A stretch of DNA of 64,000 nt. It comes from an uncultured bacterium. GTDB taxonomy: Bacteria > Hydrothermota > UBA3073 > NMUJ01 > CBEVQO01. Position 1 is the stretch's first letter; every line of letters begins with the position of its first letter. Of the stretch, positions 9,179 through 18,172 are shown one piece after another. Position numbers and translations under genes: made by a program. The stretch spans positions 70,394-134,393 of the forward strand of contig CBEVQO010000006.1 in the NCBI GenBank assembly GCA_965552055.1, in the 5' to 3' direction. The notes below the pieces were generated by a model. The model saw only the letters and a list, made by a program, of their open reading frames with translations. It did no database searches and was not told the DNA's origin.

Positions 9179-9873
9179 TTTATCTTCTTTTGATAATGTT
9201 ATTAAAGGTTGACTGGGGAAGAGATGAAGGAATTTTTGAAAATCCTGCAACATCAATGGAAGGTGTTCTTTTTTCCTATCAAAGATTATTTAATGTCATA
9301 GATTTATTTCAAATAGATTATGGTGGAAAATTTGGAGATACAAAAATTGGTGCAGGAATTGAAGCTTTGACCGAAAGTCCTTATAATGAGTTAACACTTT
9401 CTTTTTCTTATGGTAGATTTATTCACGGATTATTATGGGGAGCAGGTTTTAATTATTATTTTGTTAACTGTGAAGAATATGGGACAGGTGGAGCAATAGG
9501 ATTAAATATGGGGATAAAATATCAGAGAAGTAACTGGGATTTTCATTTTTCAATATTAAATTTCAATTCTCCCCATTTGTGGAAGTCGGAAATACCTGTA
9601 AAAATTGTTGGAAAAGCAGGTGCAAAAATTACAGACAGATTTTATTTTTCAATTTATTCTTTAAAGGAAGGTGGCTTTCCACTCGATGTCCATTATTCTG
9701 TAAATGCAAAATTATCTGAGATTATAAATTTGAGATTTCGAATTGGCACAAATCCTGTTTCTTTTGGCATTGGTTTTAATTTTCTCTATAATAAAATGTG
9801 TTTCGATTTCTTTTTCAGGTTTAATCAATTTCTTGGATTTTCGGAAATCATAACGATTAAACATTCATTATGA
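9175..9873 (+). CDS. putative outer-membrane beta-barrel (PorV/PorQ-like)
   Basis: signal-like N-terminus, IFENPA motif, alternating aromatic beta-strands. Confidence 0.5.
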   Translation: MIYLLLIMLLKVDWGRDEGIFENPATSMEGVLFSYQRLFNVIDLFQIDYGGKFGDTKIGAGIEALTESPYNELTLSFSYGRFIHGLLWGAGFNYYFVNCEEYGTGGAIGLNMGIKYQRSNWDFHFSILNFNSPHLWKSEIPVKIVGKAGAKITDRFYFSIYSLKEGGFPLDVHYSVNAKLSEIINLRFRIGTNPVSFGIGFNFLYNKMCFDFFFRFNQFLGFSEIITIKHSL

Positions 9874-11660
9874 TTTATGTTTTTTTATTTCTTTTTGGGA
9901 TTCAGGAATTTGAAACGGAAACTCCTCTTCCCGAAGACCTTGCAGAAATTTTAGCAGAACTTAAAGAAAATCCAGTAGATATAAATAGGGCAAATGTAAA
10001 GGAGTTACAAAAGATTCCATGGATTGATGAGAGACTTGCGAGAAACATTGTGAAATACAGGAAAAAAAGACCTTTCAAAAGGAAAGAAGATTTGCTAAAG
10101 GTAAAAGGTATGTCTATGCCGATTTTGGTTAAAATTTCTCCTTATATAAAAGTGGGTAAAATAAGCGTAATAAGGGTGAAGAAAAGGAAAAAGCCATTTT
10201 TAAAACAAAGATTCAGGATAAAAGTAAAAGATGGTGAATATAAATCTTATTATAAATTGCAGATTTTCAGGGAAAATCTAAAAGCATTTTTATTATCCGA
10301 TGAAGACCCCGAAGAAAATGGTGTTGTAAATTATCTTACTGGAAAATCAGAAAAATTTGTCCCGGATTACCTGAATTTTGGAGTGCAGATAGAAAATCTT
10401 TATAATCTTGATAAAATAATAATAGGTGCATATACTCTTTCATTTGGCGAAAGACTGGTATTGGGCTCACCTGCGATGTCTGTAAAAGGCACAGGTCTTG
10501 TTAAGTCAAAAGAAAAAGGTGCTTTGTTATATGCCCTATCAGGAGAAAATCTCGGATTGTTCGGACTATGTATGCAGGGAAATATAAAAAGAGTCCTCAC
10601 ATCTTATTTATTTCTTTCACTTAATAAAATTGATGGTGAAATAGAGGATAACAAAATAGTGCCTTATTTTCTTTACGAAGCAGACCATTCCACAATTTCT
10701 GGTGAAGAAAGGAAAGATGCTTTAACAGAAGGATTAATGGGTTTTAGAGCAGAATATCGTAAAATGAATAAAAAATTTGGCTTAACTTTTTATTATTCGC
10801 AAATCGTGAAAGATACTTTTACATTGAAAAACTATCCTGTTGGTTTAGATTATCTTTTTGATTATGATGATTATAGAATTTTTGGAGAATTTGGCTATTC
10901 AAAATCTTTTGCAAATATCACTGGCTTTGAATATTCCTATAAATCTATCGCTATTCGCTTTCTTTATCGTAATATTCCATATAATTACACATCTCCACAT
11001 GCATCTCCTTTTACCGATAAAAAGCCAGATAAAGAAGGGAGGATATCCGATAAAGGATTTTACATAGAAACAGAATTTAAAACAAAGAAATTCGGCATTC
11101 TTGCATATTTTGATGTATTTTCGTATCCCCAAGCTGTTGGAAAATATTTGATGCCGATGATGGCAGGATTTGAAAGAAGAATTATAGCAAACTTTAAGCC
11201 ATCAAAAGGAATAGAATTGCAGATTAATTTTAAGTTTAAACAAAAAGATAATGTTAAAGCAGAATGGAAAAGGTTCGAGTTTTCTTTTTCACCTCTCCCC
11301 CATCTTTCTTTCGATTTTAGAAGCGAAATAATGAAACAAGTTTCTGACAAAGTAGAAAAAGGAGATTTATCTTTTGTTGGTATAAGATATTCATTTGGTA
11401 AATTTTATCTTAAATCAAGGTATATTCTTTTTGATGTTGAACCGTCTTATCCATGGAAAATTTATGAATTTGAAGATGAAATTCCCGGCAGTATGACTAC
11501 AATGGGCTTGTCAGGCGAAGGTAAGCGCTTTTATTTTGTTTTTGGAATAAAAATAATGAAAAATCTCTCATTTCATTCAAAATTTGGAATAACAGAAAAA
11601 TGTGGAGAACCTTTAAGCACATCTTTAAGTTTACAATTAGATAATGTATTTTATCAATGA
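9870..11660 (+). CDS. ComEA-type helix-hairpin-helix domain plus C-terminal beta-barrel protein
   Basis: PVDINRANVKELQKIPWIDERLARNIVKYR..FKRKEDLLKVKGM; beta-rich C-terminus. Confidence 0.75.
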   Translation: MIYVFLFLFGIQEFETETPLPEDLAEILAELKENPVDINRANVKELQKIPWIDERLARNIVKYRKKRPFKRKEDLLKVKGMSMPILVKISPYIKVGKISVIRVKKRKKPFLKQRFRIKVKDGEYKSYYKLQIFRENLKAFLLSDEDPEENGVVNYLTGKSEKFVPDYLNFGVQIENLYNLDKIIIGAYTLSFGERLVLGSPAMSVKGTGLVKSKEKGALLYALSGENLGLFGLCMQGNIKRVLTSYLFLSLNKIDGEIEDNKIVPYFLYEADHSTISGEERKDALTEGLMGFRAEYRKMNKKFGLTFYYSQIVKDTFTLKNYPVGLDYLFDYDDYRIFGEFGYSKSFANITGFEYSYKSIAIRFLYRNIPYNYTSPHASPFTDKKPDKEGRISDKGFYIETEFKTKKFGILAYFDVFSYPQAVGKYLMPMMAGFERRIIANFKPSKGIELQINFKFKQKDNVKAEWKRFEFSFSPLPHLSFDFRSEIMKQVSDKVEKGDLSFVGIRYSFGKFYLKSRYILFDVEPSYPWKIYEFEDEIPGSMTTMGLSGEGKRFYFVFGIKIMKNLSFHSKFGITEKCGEPLSTSLSLQLDNVFYQ

Positions 11661-12111
11661 GATGACAAAGAAAGGATATCTTGAAACACCTATCGGTGTG
11701 CTTGAAATTTGTGTTAAGAATGATAAAATAAAATCAATACAATTTTGTGAGAAAAAAGGAAAAGAAGATAAAGATAAGTTAATTGAGAAGACAAAAAAAG
11801 AGTTAAAAGAATATTTTGAAGGAAAAAGAAAAGAGTTTGATTTACCCGTTGATTTTGAGCAATTTACAGAAAGTCAAAAAAAGGTTTACAAATCTTTATT
11901 ACGGGTAAAATATGGTGAAGTGACTACCTATTCAACATTGGGTAAGGAATGCTTTTTGCATCCGAGGGCTGTAGGTCAAATTTTGAAAAGGAATTGTGTA
12001 TTTATTCTGATACCCTGTCATAGAGTTGTTGATGTTAAAGGTAATCTGAGAGGCTTTAGTGCTGGGCTATGGCGGAAAAAGTATCTATTAGAATTGGAAA
12101 AGAAGAAGTAA
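11644..12111 (+). CDS. ogt: methylated-DNA--protein-cysteine methyltransferase
   Basis: PRAVG and IPCHRV. Confidence 0.92.
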   Translation: MYFINEMTKKGYLETPIGVLEICVKNDKIKSIQFCEKKGKEDKDKLIEKTKKELKEYFEGKRKEFDLPVDFEQFTESQKKVYKSLLRVKYGEVTTYSTLGKECFLHPRAVGQILKRNCVFILIPCHRVVDVKGNLRGFSAGLWRKKYLLELEKKK

Positions 12112-12353
12112 AGCATATTGCAAATCTTGCAAGAATAAAATTTACAGAAGAAGAGCTCGAAAAATTTACAGAAGAATTTAAAAAAATAGTCGAATACATG
12201 AACAAAATAAGAGAAGTTAGCGAAGAAATCGAAATTAAATTCCCGGAGAAAGAGACGAAGTTAAGAGAAGATAAGCCCGTGAACTTCGGCAAAATAAGGT
12301 TACCCCATCAGAAAGGTGAATTCTTTAAATCGCCAAAGATATGGGAAACTTAA
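12069..12353 (+). CDS. gatC: Asp/Glu-tRNA amidotransferase subunit C
   Basis: EEVKHIANLARI, LREDKP, FFKSPKI; precedes gatA. Confidence 0.9.
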   Translation: MAEKVSIRIGKEEVKHIANLARIKFTEEELEKFTEEFKKIVEYMNKIREVSEEIEIKFPEKETKLREDKPVNFGKIRLPHQKGEFFKSPKIWET

Positions 12354-13750
12354 TAGAAAAATCGATTCCCGAGCTTCATAATCTTTTAAAAGAGAAAAAA
12401 ATTTCGGCAAAAGAATTAGTCAGTGAAAATTTGAGAAAAATTAGAGAGAGTGATTTAAATTGTTATATTTCTGTATTTGAAGAAGATGCTTTAAAGATAG
12501 CAGAAGAGATTGATAAAAATGGCAAATTTGAACATTTATTGACAGGGATACCTGTTGCTGTTAAAGATAACATTTGTGTCGCCGGTCATCCTACTACCTG
12601 TGCTTCACGCATACTTGAGGATTTTGTTCCACCCTATGATGCTACGGCGGTAGAAAGGTTAAAGAAATGTGGTGCGATAATTATCGGCAAAACAAATCTT
12701 GATGAATTCGCAATGGGTTCGTCCACTGAATATTCTGCATTTTTCAGGACATTAAATCCGAAGGACAAAGAAAGGGTACCTGGCGGTTCGAGTGGGGGTT
12801 CTGCTGCTGCTGTTGCAGGTGGGGTAGCTGTTTGTGCACTTGGTTCAGATACAGGTGGCTCTGTTCGTCAGCCTGCTTCTTTTTGCGGAATTTTGGGACT
12901 TAAGCCAACATATGGCAGGGTGTCGAGATTTGGACTTGTAGCTTTTGCATCTTCTCTTGACCAGATTGGACCCATGGGAAGAACATGTGAGGATATTGCG
13001 ATTTTACTGAGTGTAATCTCAGGCAAAGATGTAAGAGATATGACATCCGCAGATGTGGAAGTGCCTGACTATTATAAAAATTTGAAGAAAGAAGGAAAAG
13101 GACTTAAAGCTGGCATTCCAAAAGAATATTTTGAAGGTGCCGATGAGAGAGTTTTAAAAGTGTTGGAAGAGCGGATTGAAGATTTAAAAAAGAGGGGGGT
13201 CAATGTAGTGGAAATAAGTTTAAAATATACTGAATATGCTATCCCTACTTATTATTTAATTTCATCTGCTGAAGCTTCTTCGAACCTTGCGAGATACGAT
13301 GGAATAAGATATGGATTAAGGGTAGAGAAAGGAGAGCTTTTTGAGCTTTACTGTGAAACAAGGGCAAAGGGTTTTGGTAAAGAGGTCAAAAGGCGTATTA
13401 TGCTGGGCACTTTTGGTTTGCAGGCAGGTTATTATGATGAATATTATTTAAAAGCGTGTAAAGTTCGTGAATTGATAAAAAGAGATTTTTTGAAAGTATT
13501 TGAAAATGTAGATTTTATTTTAACTCCTACCTCTCCCTTCCCTGCTTTTAAATTTGGAGAGAAATTAGATGACCCGATAAAGATGTATCTGTCAGATATT
13601 TATACTGTTGGTGTAAGTTTAGCGGGTTTACCTGCTCTTTCCTGTCCTGTTGGTGATGTAAATGGTCTTCCTGTGGGCTTACAGATAATAGGCAAGCATT
13701 TTTCTGAGCAAAAAATTTTAAATTTTGCAAAATTTTTACTTGACAGATGA
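12341..13750 (+). CDS. gatA: Asp/Glu-tRNA amidotransferase subunit A
   Basis: VKDN, PGGSSGGSA, GSDTGGSVRQPA, SSNLARYDG. Confidence 0.97.
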   Translation: MGNLIEKSIPELHNLLKEKKISAKELVSENLRKIRESDLNCYISVFEEDALKIAEEIDKNGKFEHLLTGIPVAVKDNICVAGHPTTCASRILEDFVPPYDATAVERLKKCGAIIIGKTNLDEFAMGSSTEYSAFFRTLNPKDKERVPGGSSGGSAAAVAGGVAVCALGSDTGGSVRQPASFCGILGLKPTYGRVSRFGLVAFASSLDQIGPMGRTCEDIAILLSVISGKDVRDMTSADVEVPDYYKNLKKEGKGLKAGIPKEYFEGADERVLKVLEERIEDLKKRGVNVVEISLKYTEYAIPTYYLISSAEASSNLARYDGIRYGLRVEKGELFELYCETRAKGFGKEVKRRIMLGTFGLQAGYYDEYYLKACKVRELIKRDFLKVFENVDFILTPTSPFPAFKFGEKLDDPIKMYLSDIYTVGVSLAGLPALSCPVGDVNGLPVGLQIIGKHFSEQKILNFAKFLLDR

Positions 13751-13767
13751 GATATTTGCTATAATAT
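13740..13767 (+). promoter_or_regulatory. promoter upstream of flgM-motAB
   Basis: TTGACA 13740-13745 with TATAAT (N14) or TAATAT (N16); AGGAGG RBS before 13826. Confidence 0.5.
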
Positions 13768-13825
13768 AAAAAGAGGGTTAAGAAATGACTCAAGGAGACG
13801 AAAATAAGAAAAAAGGAGGAGAGAG

Positions 13826-14113
13826 ATGGATGTAAGAAGGATAGAAGGCTTTGGACCGCATGAGATTTCACAGGAGCCCCAGAAGGCGAAACATTTGCGT
13901 ACGGAAAAACTGAAAGATAAAGTTGAGATTTCGAAGAAAGGCAAAGAATATGGAAGAATTTTCAGAAAAGCGCTCGATGAGCTTAAAAGAATTTATCCTG
14001 TGAAGGAGAAAAAGCTGGAAGAAGTGAGGCTGAGAATCGCCGAGGGCTTTTATGATAAACCAGAAATTAAGGAAAAAGTAGCCTCTGAATTAATTTCCAG
14101 GGGCATCCTGTGA
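13826..14113 (+). CDS. flgM: FlgM-like anti-sigma-28 factor
   Basis: DKVEIS..EKKLEEVRLRIAEGFY pattern, 95 aa. Confidence 0.65.
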   Translation: MDVRRIEGFGPHEISQEPQKAKHLRTEKLKDKVEISKKGKEYGRIFRKALDELKRIYPVKEKKLEEVRLRIAEGFYDKPEIKEKVASELISRGIL

Positions 14114-14964
14114 AAGAAAGAAGGAAAATCGATGTAGCAACATTATTCGGTATTATAGGAGGATTAACATTAGTATTTTTTGCGATAATAAAAAGGGGTC
14201 AGGCGATAGGGACTGCGTTACCACGGGGGATACTCGGTGCTTTTGCTGACCCTGTTTCTGAAGTTACTTCCATTCTTATAACAGTTGGAGGCACATTTGC
14301 CGCTGTTTTTGTTAATTATCCGATTCAAACCGTTGGAAGGATGTTTAAAGTTATGGCAAGAGCTTTGTTTTCAACGGAGCAGGACCCAACTGATGTTATC
14401 GAGCAGCTCATTAAATTCTCGAGAATCGCGAGAAAAGAAGGACCTCTTGCACTTGAGAGAGAATTAAAACATGTTGAAAACAAATTTTTAAAGAGAGCGA
14501 TACAACTTGTTGTTGATGGAGCTTCTTCTGATCGAATTCGTGCCGAATTGTATACTGAAATTAATTTTATGCGTGAGCGTCATAGAATAGGTCAAGAAAT
14601 GTTTCAGATGCTAGGAACTTATTGTCCTGCATTTGGCATGCTTGGCACAATAATAGGTCTTATAATGCTTTTGGGTTCTGTTCAGAATCCTTCCCAGGTG
14701 ACCGCTGGTATGTCTGTTGCTCTTTTAACCACATTCTGGGGAGTTCTTATGGGTTACCTCATTTTCCTGCCGATTGCAGGTAAATTGAAGAGGCGCTCCG
14801 ATGAAGAAGCTTTTATAAATCAAATAATCATTGAAGGTGTTTTATCAATACAGGCAGGAGAGAACCCTATGATAATGGAAGGCAAGCTAAAAGCTTATCT
14901 TGCTCCTCATCTGCGAGAAATACTTGCCAAGCGTAAAAGAATTAGAGTCCCTCTGGTTAAATAA
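14110..14964 (+). CDS. motA: stator A subunit MotA/PomA
   Basis: ARKEGPLALE, PAFGMLGTIIGL, VALLTTFWG, IQAGENP. Confidence 0.92.
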   Translation: MKERRKIDVATLFGIIGGLTLVFFAIIKRGQAIGTALPRGILGAFADPVSEVTSILITVGGTFAAVFVNYPIQTVGRMFKVMARALFSTEQDPTDVIEQLIKFSRIARKEGPLALERELKHVENKFLKRAIQLVVDGASSDRIRAELYTEINFMRERHRIGQEMFQMLGTYCPAFGMLGTIIGLIMLLGSVQNPSQVTAGMSVALLTTFWGVLMGYLIFLPIAGKLKRRSDEEAFINQIIIEGVLSIQAGENPMIMEGKLKAYLAPHLREILAKRKRIRVPLVK

Positions 14965-16433
14965 TGTTATCAAGAAGGTCACCACAGCCTCCTCCTTCAC
15001 TTGTAGAAGGTGAAACAATAGGAATAAGGGGTGCTCCACCCTGGCTTACGACATACGCCGATTTGATGACCCAAATTCTCATCTTCTTTGTAGCATTTTT
15101 TGCATTAACTCCAGTAATGGAAGAGGCTCAAATTCATCAGGTTAAGAAGAAGCTTCAAAAATTTTTAACAGAAAAAGGTTATAGCGAAATGGTTGATGTA
15201 ACTTTAAATGAGAAAGGACTTGTTTTATCGTTAAAAAGCGAATACATGTTTGACCCGGGAAGTGCCGATTTGAAGCCCAGAGCAAAAAGAGTTTTATCCG
15301 ACATCATTGAGTTTCTAAAACTTGTACCCAATAAGATACGAATCGAAGGTCACACCGATAATTTACCTCTCGTGGGCAGGATAAGGGAAAAATTTCCAAC
15401 AAACTGGGAGCTATCGGATGCCCGTGCTACCAATATTCTGCGTTATTTCGTTGAAGAAAAGAATTTCCCTCCTTACAGGGTATCAGGTGCAGGATTTGCC
15501 GAATGGCAACCAAAAGTTACTTTAGCAGAAGCTATAAAATGGGTTGACAGTAATATCCCAAAACTGAAGAAATATAAGTATAAATTTCTGGCGATATTAA
15601 GTAGAACACTGGAAGTAAAAGCCAATAACACAAAGAAACTTCTCGATAAGAAAAAAGATGAAATTTTGAAATTTCTTATTGTTCCGGAATATGGATATAA
15701 CGAAGGTGGCTGGATGGAGATTCTTCGTGGCAGTCTCTACAAAGAAATAGGCAGGAAAAAAGCGGACAAACTTCTTGATAGCTTAAGGGTAATAGAATTA
15801 AAATTACTAAACGATTTTAACAATGAAAGGTATCGTGAGCTTGTAAAAAAGATGAACTTAAATGAAGATTTAAGGAAGTTTAACCGGCGTGTTGAGATTG
15901 TGATAGAGCGATTTGGCACTCCCATTTTGCGTGGCACCCGTGCAACTCTTTTAAAAGGTATCGCTGTTTATGGAGAGAAAGTAAATGTAAATTTAGCAGG
16001 AATGGACGAATTAAAAGACCTACCCGGATTTAATGAGAAGATCGCAAGTGAAATCATAAATTACAGGGATGGTGAAAATCATCTATTTAAATCACCCGAA
16101 GATATTGCTAAAGCAATAAAAGAGAGCGCGTTACGGGACTCGGTGGAGAAGCTATGTAAAACTGTATTAGCACCGATACTCACAACTAAACTCAATCTTA
16201 ATGAAGCAAAGGAAGAAGATATAAGTCATCTTATATTTAAAGCAAAAGAAGCAAAAGTTATCACGGGATATGGGACAATAGAAAGTAGATTGTCTGAAAC
16301 TATTGTAGCACTAAGAAAAGAAGTAGGTGGATTTGAGGATTTAAAGCAAATTGAGAATTTGTTAAAGGAAAGGGGTGAAAAGGAGTTAGCAAAAGCATTC
16401 AATGACCTTCGTCCCTATTTTTGTGTTGAATAA
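14964..16433 (+). CDS. motB: MotB/PomB with OmpA domain insertion and two C-terminal ComEA-like HhH domains
   Basis: WLTTYADL TM, EGHTDN, NWELSDARA, NRRVEI; VNVNLAGMDELKDLPGF and LNLNEAKEED..FEDL..LRPYFCV. Confidence 0.85.
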   Translation: MLSRRSPQPPPSLVEGETIGIRGAPPWLTTYADLMTQILIFFVAFFALTPVMEEAQIHQVKKKLQKFLTEKGYSEMVDVTLNEKGLVLSLKSEYMFDPGSADLKPRAKRVLSDIIEFLKLVPNKIRIEGHTDNLPLVGRIREKFPTNWELSDARATNILRYFVEEKNFPPYRVSGAGFAEWQPKVTLAEAIKWVDSNIPKLKKYKYKFLAILSRTLEVKANNTKKLLDKKKDEILKFLIVPEYGYNEGGWMEILRGSLYKEIGRKKADKLLDSLRVIELKLLNDFNNERYRELVKKMNLNEDLRKFNRRVEIVIERFGTPILRGTRATLLKGIAVYGEKVNVNLAGMDELKDLPGFNEKIASEIINYRDGENHLFKSPEDIAKAIKESALRDSVEKLCKTVLAPILTTKLNLNEAKEEDISHLIFKAKEAKVITGYGTIESRLSETIVALRKEVGGFEDLKQIENLLKERGEKELAKAFNDLRPYFCVE

Positions 16434-16746
16434 ATTTTTTACCCTTTAGGTTCATCAATTTTTGGGCAATTTCTCTCACATATTTATTGGTTGAATACTT
16501 CAATCTGAATAAAATTTCGTCTTCCGGTAATTCGAGTGTTCTCTTATCGATATTGAATTTTTTAATTTCGAGTGCTGTCTGATATGCTTCTACGAGTTTC
16601 TGAAAATCTTCCTCTGCTGTTGGTGATTTATTGTGGTCTGGATGACATTTCAAAGCTTTCTTTTTGAATGCTATTTTAATCTCTTCAATTGAAGCTGATT
16701 CACTTATTCCCAGTATTTTGAATGGGTTTTGCATTTTCTTTTCCAT
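16399..16746 (-). CDS. small J-domain (DnaJ) protein
   Basis: NPFKILG..KCHPDHN..FQKLVEAY. Confidence 0.88.
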   Translation of the reverse strand: MEKKMQNPFKILGISESASIEEIKIAFKKKALKCHPDHNKSPTAEEDFQKLVEAYQTALEIKKFNIDKRTLELPEDEILFRLKYSTNKYVREIAQKLMNLKGKKFIQHKNRDEGH

Positions 16747-18172
16747 AATCTTTTATTTCAATCGAATGCTGTGCTCCTGTATCCATGTCCCTTGCACTTA
16801 CTTTTAAGATGCCGTTAGCATCTATTGTAAAAGTTACCTCGATTCTTGGCTCACCTGCTTTAGCGAGCCTTATTCCTTTCAGTTCGAAATATCCTATAGA
16901 TACATTTTTTGATGCCTTGTCCGATTCTCCCTGTAGCACATGTATTTTTACACTTGTTTGATTATCGGCTACAGTGGTAAATATCCTTGAATTTGAAGTT
17001 GGTATTACGGTATTTCTCGGTATTATCGGTGCGAAGCCATCGTTTTCTATTTCTACTCCGAGTGTAAAAGGTGTGACATCTATTAGCACCACATCTTCCA
17101 ATTCGTTTTCAATAATTGCTGCCTGTATTGCTGCACCCAATGCCACGCACTCATCTGGATTTATATCCCTGACAGGCTCCTGACCTTCTAAAAATTCTCT
17201 CAGCTTACGGCGAACCGCTGGTACACGGGTTGAACCACCTACCAGTATCGCAATATCAATATCTTTCTTGTCAATCTGTGCATCATTTAAAGCACTTTCC
17301 GCAGGAGGTATTAGCTTTTCTAACAGGTCAGATATTAAATCCTCAAAAAGTTCCCTTGTTATCTCCATATCAAGGTGTTTTGGTCCTGTTTCATCTGCTG
17401 TTATAAAAGGCACGCTTATGTGCGCTGTTTCTTCTTCTGATAAAGTTATTTTTGCCTGCTCCGATGCCTCTTTTAACTTCTGGAGAGCAGCTTTATCTTC
17501 TGAGAGGTCTATCCCTGTCTCTTCCTTATACTTCTCAATGACATACTCCATTATTCTCTGGTCAAAATCTTCTCCTCCCAGTTTATTATTTCCGCAACTT
17601 GCTTTTACTTCAAAAACACCTTCACCTACTTCAAGCACCGATACATCATAAGTGCCTCCTCCGATGTCAAATACAATGACATTCTTTATCCCTTCGCGCA
17701 TATTTAATCCGTAAGCCAGGCATGCTGATGTAGGCTCGTTAATCATTCTGATGACATTAAGACCCGCGAGTTCTGCGGATTCTTTGACCTCTTCTCTTTG
17801 CTTTTCATTAAAATATGCAGGCACAGTGATTACACAGTCTTTTACTTCTTCATTTAGAAAATGTTCAGCATCTTCTTTTAATTTGCGAAGTATTATGGAA
17901 GCAATCTGTGGAGCGGTATATTTTTCTCCATCTACTTCGAATACGAAATTTTGACCCATAAATCTTTTTATTGCGAAAACAGTTCTATCTGCGTTTACAA
18001 TCCTCTGAGCCTTGGCGGGTTCACCTACCAGTATTTTATCTTTTAAAAAGCAAACAGCAGAAGGCGTTAATCTATTTCCTCTTCTATTTGGTATTATTTC
18101 AGGATGACCATTTCTAAAAATTGCAATGCTTGAATTTGTTGTCCCGAAATCTATGCCAACAATTTTGCCCAT
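16700..18172 (-). CDS. Hsp70/DnaK paralogue lacking the helical lid
   Basis: GIDFGTTNS, TVPAYF, DIGGGTYD, DVVLIDVTP linker; ends at 490 aa after SBD-beta. Confidence 0.9.
   Translation of the reverse strand: MGKIVGIDFGTTNSSIAIFRNGHPEIIPNRRGNRLTPSAVCFLKDKILVGEPAKAQRIVNADRTVFAIKRFMGQNFVFEVDGEKYTAPQIASIILRKLKEDAEHFLNEEVKDCVITVPAYFNEKQREEVKESAELAGLNVIRMINEPTSACLAYGLNMREGIKNVIVFDIGGGTYDVSVLEVGEGVFEVKASCGNNKLGGEDFDQRIMEYVIEKYKEETGIDLSEDKAALQKLKEASEQAKITLSEEETAHISVPFITADETGPKHLDMEITRELFEDLISDLLEKLIPPAESALNDAQIDKKDIDIAILVGGSTRVPAVRRKLREFLEGQEPVRDINPDECVALGAAIQAAIIENELEDVVLIDVTPFTLGVEIENDGFAPIIPRNTVIPTSNSRIFTTVADNQTSVKIHVLQGESDKASKNVSIGYFELKGIRLAKAGEPRIEVTFTIDANGILKVSARDMDTGAQHSIEIKDYGKENAKPIQNTGNK

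Noticed and set aside
14110..16433. Canonical Zorya system
   Set aside because: MotA lacks the long ZorA tail and no zorC/D/E are adjacent
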